62,118 nt of DNA from a virus (Duplodnaviria > Caudoviricetes), in IMG/VR virus record IMGVR_UViG_3300031902_000007, positions 1 through 62,118 of that record, one strand, 5' to 3'. The notes beneath the pieces were generated by a model, which saw only the letters and a list, made by a program, of their open reading frames with translations, did no database searches and had not been told where the DNA came from. Made by a program: the position numbers and the translations under genes. This document shows positions 55,825-62,118 of the stretch, piece after piece; within the stretch, counting starts at the first letter, position 1, and every line of letters begins with the position of its first letter.

Positions 55825-57212
55825 GATGGGATGCCTTCTTGGTTGGTAAACTTCATGCTGCGTTCGATGTTGAGTCCGCCGTTCATATGGCGGATGAGGT
55901 CCGAGAACATCTTGTCCGCGGCAACTCCCTTGCGTTGCAGGTTGACAAGAACGTCCTTCTCGCCCTCGGTCGTGACGATGTCCGAAATCACTTGGCGCGT
56001 CTGACCAAACCGCCAGCACCTACGGATGCTCTGATAGTAACCCTCATAGCTGTGCGTCGGGAAGGAAACCGAATGGGCGCAGTGCTGGAAATTGAGGCCC
56101 CATGCACCAATTTTTTCCTTAGTGATTAGCCCGCGCTTCTGACCGCGGATAAAGGCCAAAAACTTCGCCTCTTTGGTATCGTCCTCATCCTTTCCGCTGA
56201 CCTGGACAGCATCAGGGATAAGCTTTTCAAGCAGATCGCCCTCGTCATTGAGAGAGCACCACACGATGAAGGGCTGGCCCGTGCCGTTGACCAGTTCTGC
56301 CGCCTTCTCGCACCGCTCTCGCAAGGTCCGGCGCCGCTCCTCTCGCTGCTCGCTCAACCCAAACGCAGGAAGAGCGAACAACATTCCATCGGGATTGGTC
56401 GTAGCCTCAACCAGATGCTGCCGCTCGATCAGCGGAGGCAAATCATAGTCCCCGTTGTCGAACCCCAGATCGGAAGGCTTCCGAACCGCACGAGCCCACG
56501 AGCAAACCCATTTCCAGAACGGTTCCTCCGCATGGCCCTTGAAGCGCCACTTGGCGCTGTCGTCCAACTGATCAAATTTCGCGCCCTTGTGCCGGAAGAT
56601 CGCCGGCTTGATCGAATTCCCTTGGTTGTTTTTGAAGAACCTCGCCAGCATATCCATGTAGCCAAGATAGCCCAAGGCCTCGCTGCTGGTGCCGAGTTCG
56701 ATATATTCGTTGGGGCTCGGGGTCGCCGTGCAGAGCAGCCGGTATTTCATCTTCCGCATGAATTCGGTGATCTGCTGCCGGCGAACGCCGTCAAAGGATT
56801 TCAAGATTGCCGATTCGTCGCAGACCATTCCGGCAAAGTCGTGCGGGCTGAACAGATGGAGTTTTTCGTAGTTGGCGATATTGATGCCGGGGTGCGGCAT
56901 CCCTGTCTTGGATATCGAACATTCAATCCCGAACTTTTTGCCCTCCCGCATCGTCTGGCTCCCGACAGCCAGCGGCGTGAGGATCAGCACAGGCCTGTTC
57001 TCGTGCCGAACGATGTTCTCGGCCCAGGTCAATTGCATCAACGTTTTGCCGAGGCCGGTATCTGCGAACAGTGCCCCGCGGCCTTTGAGTAACGCCCACT
57101 CGACCAAGGATCTTTGAAAATCAAACATTCCGGGCGGGAAAAACTTCCCCTCGAATCCATCGTAGCTGCCGAGTTGCGTTTTCTTGCCTAGAAAATCCTC
57201 GTATTTACCCAT
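55815..57212 (-). CDS. SNF2-like helicase
   Basis: DTGLGKT, CDES, TATPSPN, GLNFQ, QSIRRCWRFGQ. Confidence 0.9.
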   Translation of the reverse strand: MGKYEDFLGKKTQLGSYDGFEGKFFPPGMFDFQRSLVEWALLKGRGALFADTGLGKTLMQLTWAENIVRHENRPVLILTPLAVGSQTMREGKKFGIECSISKTGMPHPGINIANYEKLHLFSPHDFAGMVCDESAILKSFDGVRRQQITEFMRKMKYRLLCTATPSPNEYIELGTSSEALGYLGYMDMLARFFKNNQGNSIKPAIFRHKGAKFDQLDDSAKWRFKGHAEEPFWKWVCSWARAVRKPSDLGFDNGDYDLPPLIERQHLVEATTNPDGMLFALPAFGLSEQREERRRTLRERCEKAAELVNGTGQPFIVWCSLNDEGDLLEKLIPDAVQVSGKDEDDTKEAKFLAFIRGQKRGLITKEKIGAWGLNFQHCAHSVSFPTHSYEGYYQSIRRCWRFGQTRQVISDIVTTEGEKDVLVNLQRKGVAADKMFSDLIRHMNGGLNIERSMKFTNQEGIPSWL

Positions 57213-57537
57213 GGGATGCGACCTTCTCGACATGGTATCCATGTCCTGTTGCATCGACCGTCCATTCCCGCGAGCGGTTGATTGCCATTTTGCGGTCGAC
57301 CTCAGCCATCAGGCTGTAACCCATCCGCGATGCTAGAACGAAGAGTAGGATAACCACATCGGCCGCCTCTTGGATCGCGTGGGCACTCTTGTCGTTCTCT
57401 GCAAGATCGCGGAGCAATTCGCTCATTTCTTGGTTGGCACGCACCGCCGTGCTCATGTTTGAGGGTTGTGCAGTCCCGAAAGTCTGCACCGCCCATCGGC
57501 TTATCGTCGCTTGTGTTTCGATCATCTGTTTTTCCAT
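57205..57537 (-). CDS. MazG-like dNTP pyrophosphohydrolase (DUF550-like)
   Basis: WAVQTFG, EMSEL, EAADVVI, KMAINRSREW...HV. Confidence 0.75.
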   Translation of the reverse strand: MEKQMIETQATISRWAVQTFGTAQPSNMSTAVRANQEMSELLRDLAENDKSAHAIQEAADVVILLFVLASRMGYSLMAEVDRKMAINRSREWTVDATGHGYHVEKVASHG

Positions 57538-57989
57538 CTGGTTGCCTCGCGCGTAACCCTAACCCTTACTTTCTTCCTTGTTGGCAGACCTCTTATGTCC
57601 TTCTTTCTTAAAGACAAAAAAAGTCCTGTAGAGCCCTCCGCAGCGCAAAATTGTTGCGCGTCGGAACCTACATCAGGGCAGTCGGAATAGGCGCGTTTAC
57701 ACATCAGACCCGGTTATCGCGGCAGAAACCGGAAAACTGCCATTCCATATTCGTAGAGCTCATCCTGATGCTTATCGCAGTCTGCCGACCTCAGATTTTG
57801 CTAGGGCTAGGACTACGTGAGACCATCCCACGCCAAAAATACCCCGCGCCGTCGTTGCGCTGAAACCGATGAGGATTTGGCTGGTTGAGGTCAGGAGGGT
57901 TGACGAAAGAGCGATATCGGCCTAAATCAATAACACGCCTTTGGCGTGCCCCCTGTCCGACCTCTGCCAAGATCATCGGACTTAGTTTT

Positions 57990-58024
57990 CGGCCCCGGCT
58001 TCAGCACCCGGGGCCGTTCTATTT
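57990..58024 (+). terminator. Intrinsic terminator-like hairpin
   Basis: CGGCCCCGG/CCGGGGCCG 9-bp stem followed by TTCTATTT. Confidence 0.65.
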
Positions 58025-58110
58025 GTGGCTCAACGTCGTAAAATCGTCAAGGCCGAATAAAATCAACGGGTAGTGGTGCGACAGAGAAGCCAGTCTAGGG
58101 ATTGATCCTG

Positions 58111-58608
58111 TCACAGGAACCCGCGCCGCTCTTGCCCATACAGCCCCAACAAAACCGACTCGGCTCGGTTGTGATCGCGCTTCCGTCCCAGCCACGGCGC
58201 GGCGGCCGGAACCAGTTCCAGTGCCTTCTGTCGCGATTGTTCCTTGTCCGGCCCCTTGAGGCCATAGTACCGTTTCCAGACTTGGGGATGGATCAGCTTC
58301 ACCTGAAGCCCGTAGCAGACTGCAATGGCACGGATCTGCCCGACCGCGAACCCGAACCGGAACGAGCTCGCCGCCCCCATGCCGCGCCGGACGCCGTTGG
58401 CACCGGGAATAGACGGCATCGGCTGGACGTTCTCGATGATGGCGATCCGCGGCTTCCACTTGTCGATCCGCCTACAGATTGCCATCACGTCAAGCTGACG
58501 ATTCGATCCATCAGCAATCGTGGGGGTATCCAAGACCTCGACGATAACCCCGGCCCTCATGAAGCATAGGGCACCAGAAAGGCCGGGGTCACATGCCAGA
58601 AGGTCCAT
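58111..58608 (-). CDS. RuvC-like Holliday junction resolvase
   Basis: LACDPGLSGA, IIENV, SSFRFG, PQVWK, DHNRAESVL. Confidence 0.85.
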   Translation of the reverse strand: MDLLACDPGLSGALCFMRAGVIVEVLDTPTIADGSNRQLDVMAICRRIDKWKPRIAIIENVQPMPSIPGANGVRRGMGAASSFRFGFAVGQIRAIAVCYGLQVKLIHPQVWKRYYGLKGPDKEQSRQKALELVPAAAPWLGRKRDHNRAESVLLGLYGQERRGFL

Positions 58609-59285
58609 CAGTTCATCTTGTCCGGAGAGGGGACGCCGTTCGCCTCGCGCGCGGACTGCAGGGTTGACATGCGATCGGCCGGCGCGTCGTCCTCGACCAG
58701 TTGCTTGATCCCGGCCTTGAGGCGCCGCTCGGTCTCCGCGTGGTAGCCCTCCATGTATTGGGCATGCTGGGGGGTGGACGGATCATAGGACGGATGCGCG
58801 GTTTTTCCGTCCATGCTGTCTTGCGTGCCCTCGTCATAGGCGCGATCGACCGCCGGGGTGCGGTCCGGCTCGAGGAACAGTGCCAACTGCTGGCCGATCG
58901 CCGCGCCGACATACTGAGCGGCGATAAGCTGGTTCGCCGTCTTCATCCTGAACTCGGCCTCGCCTTCCGGCGTTTCGAGCTTGTCGCCGAGCTTGATCTG
59001 TTCCAGGTGGAAGCCATCGGATTTGATGACCTTCTCGTGGGCACGCCGTTTTGCCGATGCGCTCTTGGCGGCCTTGTCCAAGGCTTGCCACTTGCGGAGG
59101 TCGGACAGGAACAGCGCCCGCTTCTCGGGATCAATGCCGAGGTTGTGGCCGACGTCGACCGGCGCGGCGGCCTTCGGGGCGGCGCCGGGCATCTCGTCGG
59201 CGAGCTTCTTGGCTTCCTTCGCCTGCTTCTTGATCTTCGGGCCGAGGTTTTCCTTCTTCGGCTTCGCGGCTGGTTTCTTCGTCAT
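58608..59285 (-). CDS. GapR-like N-terminal plus RMF-like C-terminal domain protein
   Basis: VGHN...IKSDGF; RAYDEG....DGK....YD.....QYMEGYH. Confidence 0.5.
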   Translation of the reverse strand: MTKKPAAKPKKENLGPKIKKQAKEAKKLADEMPGAAPKAAAPVDVGHNLGIDPEKRALFLSDLRKWQALDKAAKSASAKRRAHEKVIKSDGFHLEQIKLGDKLETPEGEAEFRMKTANQLIAAQYVGAAIGQQLALFLEPDRTPAVDRAYDEGTQDSMDGKTAHPSYDPSTPQHAQYMEGYHAETERRLKAGIKQLVEDDAPADRMSTLQSAREANGVPSPDKMN

Positions 59286-59286
59286 G

Positions 59287-59646
59287 TTAAGATTCTCCAC
59301 CTGAGTTGAGGCCGATCTGGACCAATTCCACAACGATCTCGGGAGGCGATCGGGAGGCCTTCCGAGCCCGTTTCTTGACTAAATCCCACGTTTCGGTCGG
59401 GAGGTTGACCTCAATCGTGACGCCAGGCCAGATGTCATCCTCGGTCAACCCGGTGATTTTGACCAGCTTGGCGGCGAAGCGGCGGGGGAAGCCCTTCCGC
59501 ATTCCATAATTGTTGATGCTCTGCCTCGTGACGCCGAGCTTGTCGGCGAGCCACGTATCGGCCCCGCGCTCGGAGCCGGTTCGATCCTTGTGCGCGGCCC
59601 TGACCACAGCCATGACCCGCGCGTGTCCGGTGAGAAAATCTGCCAT
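59287..59646 (-). CDS. Cro-like HTH fused to a ribbon-helix-helix-like domain
   Basis: LADKLGVTRQSINNY HTH; IEVNLPTETWDLVKKRARKASRSPPEIVVELV RHH pattern. Confidence 0.7.
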   Translation of the reverse strand: MADFLTGHARVMAVVRAAHKDRTGSERGADTWLADKLGVTRQSINNYGMRKGFPRRFAAKLVKITGLTEDDIWPGVTIEVNLPTETWDLVKKRARKASRSPPEIVVELVQIGLNSGGES

Positions 59647-59647
59647 C

Positions 59648-59833
59648 TCAGTCCATCGGTACGACGACTTCGCCGTGTTCCTGGCACCACCACATGGGTG
59701 TGTGGTGCGGCTCGGCACAAGTGCATTTCGCCCCGAACTCTCTGGCGCTGGCGGAATGGCCGCATTTGATGCAGTCGATGCCATTGTTGCTATAGCGGCC
59801 TACGTTGTCAGAGCTGCACTCTGGACACTTCAT
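59648..59833 (-). CDS. Small zinc-finger protein, first gene of the leftward arm
   Basis: GGGAG RBS; CPEC, CIKC, CTC, CQEH. Confidence 0.6.
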   Translation of the reverse strand: MKCPECSSDNVGRYSNNGIDCIKCGHSASAREFGAKCTCAEPHHTPMWWCQEHGEVVVPMD

Positions 59834-59902
59834 GGTTTCTCCCGTTTTCTGAGGCCTAAGATTGCCTCGCCATGGCAGCGGCTTAGCAGAAAGTTCGGCC
59901 TG

Positions 59903-59986
59903 TGTAAAATAAATAGTTGACAACAACGTGGGGACTATTAAGGTGCGCTTGTGGCCGAACCGGCACGCCGAAAGGAAACGAAGATG
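59903..59986 (+). promoter_or_regulatory. Early promoter plus conserved leader (copy 1)
   Basis: TGTAAAATAAATAG-TTGACA-16 bp-TAAGGT; leader GTGGCCGAACCGGCACGCCGAAAGGAAACGAAGATG. Confidence 0.75.
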
Positions 59987-60169
59987 ATCATCGAAACCTC
60001 CGCTAACCGCTTCTACGAAGTCACCGAGACCGGCAACCCGGACCTAGCTCATGTTTGGAACGGCATTGAGGTCAAGCTCGTCAGTGGCCGTAAAGGCACT
60101 TGGGCACCCAAGAAGAATGCTCGCCCCGAACTGGTCCGCAAGGCCGCCACTCGCATCGTGCAGGCCTGA
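59984..60169 (+). CDS. Hypothetical early protein
   Basis: AAAGGA RBS. Confidence 0.7.
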   Translation: MIIETSANRFYEVTETGNPDLAHVWNGIEVKLVSGRKGTWAPKKNARPELVRKAATRIVQA

Positions 60170-60172
60170 ACC

Positions 60173-60394
60173 ATGGCCGACAAAATCCAAATTCAAATCT
60201 GGGTCGTGATGAACGAGGACGGCGAGTATGCGGTCAGCCCAGACCGTGACGGCGCGATAGAAAGTTTCGACGAGAACTTTTCCGGCGACGCGCGGCGGGT
60301 GGTCAAGCTCAACGTCTGGATTGCGCCGCCTGAAGTGATCGAAGCCAAGGTGACCGTCGCCGATGACGCCGGCACCGTGACGACGGAGCCCTGA
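60173..60394 (+). CDS. Acidic hypothetical protein
   Basis: Operon-continuing ORF. Confidence 0.65.
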   Translation: MADKIQIQIWVVMNEDGEYAVSPDRDGAIESFDENFSGDARRVVKLNVWIAPPEVIEAKVTVADDAGTVTTEP

Positions 60395-60395
60395 C

Positions 60396-60497
60396 ATGCT
60401 GCGGATTGTTCTGGAGCTATCGGGCGAGCTGCTTGCGGTCTCGTTCTTCGTGGCGGTGCTCGGGCTGTGCCTCGGGCTCGCGGTTGGGATCATCTGA
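60396..60497 (+). CDS. 33-aa single-TM peptide
   Basis: Hand translation MLRIVLELSGELLAVSFFVAVLGLCLGLAVGII*; GGAG RBS. Confidence 0.5.
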   Translation: MLRIVLELSGELLAVSFFVAVLGLCLGLAVGII

Positions 60498-61089
60498 CAT
60501 GAGCATCATTGAGCGGGTTTGCTTGCCTGAAGGGCAACGCGGGAAATGGACGGTGAAGCGATTCACCGTCTCCAAAGAAGAAGCAAAGTTCACCGCATTG
60601 CGCGCGGCCATGAAAGGCCGTGGCTACGTTCCGGCAGGGACATACACGCAACTGCATTGCCAAGGGCGCGGGATCGTCATGTCTGACACGCCGGACGAAC
60701 AGCGGGACCACTATATAGCTGTTCGGTATGCGCGCGGCCACGTTCTGATCAACGGGCTTGGCATCGGCATGGTGCTTGCCGCCGTACTCAAGAAGAGCGA
60801 AGTTACCAAGGTCACGGTGGTTGAGTTAGACCCCGACGTCGTCGCGTTGGTTGGACCGTCCTACACGGATAGCCGCGTCCAGATCGTGACGGCGAGCGCC
60901 TACGACTACCAGCCGCCTAAGGGCGAGCGTTACGGCGCTGTGTGGCACGACATCTGGGATGACATCTGCGCAGGTAATTTGCCAGAGATGACGAAACTGA
61001 AACGCAAGTACGGCCGCCGCACAGACTGGCAGGGATGCTGGTGCGAATTTGAATGCAAGCGCCGCCGTTGAGCGGTTGGGATCATCTGA
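60480..61089 (+). repeat. 18-bp perfect direct repeat GCGGTTGGGATCATCTGA at 60480-60497 and 61072-61089
   Basis: Identical copies bracketing one gene. Confidence 0.9.
60499..61071 (+). CDS. Class I SAM-dependent transferase, spermidine-synthase-like
   Basis: VMSDTPDE, VLINGLGIG, VTVVELDPDV, YGAVWHDIW. Confidence 0.75.
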   Translation: MSIIERVCLPEGQRGKWTVKRFTVSKEEAKFTALRAAMKGRGYVPAGTYTQLHCQGRGIVMSDTPDEQRDHYIAVRYARGHVLINGLGIGMVLAAVLKKSEVTKVTVVELDPDVVALVGPSYTDSRVQIVTASAYDYQPPKGERYGAVWHDIWDDICAGNLPEMTKLKRKYGRRTDWQGCWCEFECKRRR

Positions 61090-61103
61090 AACAGGAGAAG
61101 GCA

Positions 61104-61472
61104 ATGACTGAGCTACGCAAGGGCGACAAGGTGTCTGTCACGGGCACTGTCAAGTACACGCCGGACGCAGGCGAACGGGTGTTCGTCGCAGTGAAAGGAG
61201 GGACCGTAGACCTGTGGGTCGATCAGTCCGAGGTCAAGCTCGTGCAGGCCAAGTTCGAGGTCGGCGACAAGATCGCGTTTGTCGCTCGCCAGAACGAGCA
61301 CGGCGGCGACGTCCAGATGAAGGGCGAAATCCTCGCGATCAGCGGCGAACACGCGTGGATCGAATATGCGAACGGCGAATACTACACGCGCACGTTCTCG
61401 TCCATCGAACGCCTGCCGGACGAAGAGCCGGAAGCGGTTGAGCCCGGCACGGCGGCGGGAAGCCTCGACTGA
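61104..61472 (+). CDS. Hypothetical protein with two SH3/KOW-like beta barrels
   Basis: AGGAG RBS; LRKGDKV and FEVGDKI repeats. Confidence 0.65.
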   Translation: MTELRKGDKVSVTGTVKYTPDAGERVFVAVKGGTVDLWVDQSEVKLVQAKFEVGDKIAFVARQNEHGGDVQMKGEILAISGEHAWIEYANGEYYTRTFSSIERLPDEEPEAVEPGTAAGSLD

Positions 61473-61876
61473 TGAAGCGCCCGGCCCGCAAGAACATCCC
61501 GCGCGCCGTCAAGGATGCGGTGTTGGTCCGCCAGCACCACCGATGCGCGGAATGCGGCAAGCGGTTCGACTTCAACGAGGACAAGATCGAATACGATCAC
61601 CGGCCCGCGATCATCATGCGATCCGTGAACGTGGAAGGCACCGACTATCACCCGCCGCAGAACGATCCGGAGCATATTGACGCCTTGCACAAGGGCTGTC
61701 ATCTGCGGCGGACGGTCGGGCGGCTTCCCGGCGCGGAGAAAACCGCGACGACGAAGGGCAGTGACGCATGGCTTGCTGCGAAGTTCCGCAAGATCGAAGG
61801 CAAGAACAAGCCGAAGCGGAGGCAATCTATCCCGAGCAGACCATTCCCCACAACCAAGAGGAAATTTGGACAATGA
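61472..61876 (+). CDS. HNH endonuclease
   Basis: CAECG, EYDH.P, LHKGCH. Confidence 0.8.
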   Translation: MKRPARKNIPRAVKDAVLVRQHHRCAECGKRFDFNEDKIEYDHRPAIIMRSVNVEGTDYHPPQNDPEHIDALHKGCHLRRTVGRLPGAEKTATTKGSDAWLAAKFRKIEGKNKPKRRQSIPSRPFPTTKRKFGQ

Positions 61877-62118
61877 AATTCAATATCTTGAATAGGTTTA
61901 GCGGTGCCGTTCAATTCACCGCTGAAATCGAATGCGCAGGTAGTGATCAGACCAGCACCAAAATCGGCCTGTCTGTTAGGTGGGCGATCAAAAACGGCGC
62001 GAACCTGATCGGCGCGGACCTGAGCGGCGCGTACCTGAGGGGCGCGTACCTGAGGGGCGCGAACCTGATCGGCGCGAACCTGAGGGGCGCGTACCTGAGG
62101 GGCGCGAACCTGATCGGC
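61873..62118 (+). CDS. N-terminal part of pentapeptide-repeat protein (runs off the window end)
   Basis: GAGG RBS; [21 protein letters not shown]...[16 protein letters not shown]... Confidence 0.85.
   Translation, partial: MKFNILNRFSGAVQFTAEIECAGSDQTSTKIGLSVRWAIKNGANLIGADLSGAYLRGAYLRGANLIGANLRGAYLRGANLIG

Larger units (their letters stand above)
1..62118. mobile_element. Near-complete tailed phage genome (podovirus-type morphogenesis module)
   Basis: Terminase, portal, scaffold, capsid, adaptor, ejection, fibre, lysis, recombination and replication genes in phage order; no host housekeeping genes; both ends lie in the same repeat gene. Confidence 0.95.

Noticed and set aside
57205-57537. 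Z-genome (2-aminoadenine) pathway
   Set aside because: A MazG-like gene is present but no PurZ, DatZ or phage DNA polymerase is recognisable

Overview
The window looks like an essentially complete ~62 kb genome of a GC-rich tailed phage with a podovirus-type virion. The host is probably an alphaproteobacterium of the Rhizobiales/Bradyrhizobium type; this is inferred from composition and gene style. Both ends fall inside one pentapeptide-repeat gene, so the molecule is probably circular or permuted and broke in that repeat. Layout: (1) a rightward early/accessory arm (59.9 kb through the ends to 11.3 kb) with KTSC, RecT/Bet, a DEDDh exonuclease and many small ORFs; (2) a small inverted block (11.3-13.0 kb); (3) a long rightward late operon (13.0-45.7 kb) with terminase, HNH, portal, scaffold, an initiator-like tRNA, N4-gp56-type capsid, adaptor/nozzle, ejection proteins, fibres and lysis genes; (4) a leftward replication/modification arm (45.8-59.8 kb) with a HerA-like ATPase, two DNA methyltransferases, DnaB, SNF2 helicase, a MazG-like protein and a RuvC-like resolvase. 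I saw no integrase, DNA polymerase or RNA polymerase. The best candidate for an undescribed system is an O-antigen-ligase/O-oligosaccharyltransferase-like (Wzy_C) membrane enzyme coupled between portal and scaffold. It sits in the same operon as five morphogenesis-module proteins that carry Sec-type signal peptides, are Ser/Thr-rich and have even cysteine counts, which suggests periplasmic folding and glycosylation of virion parts. A second pattern is accessory genes bracketed by 17-21 bp direct repeats that duplicate gene junctions. All family calls come from motif recognition by eye, not database searches.
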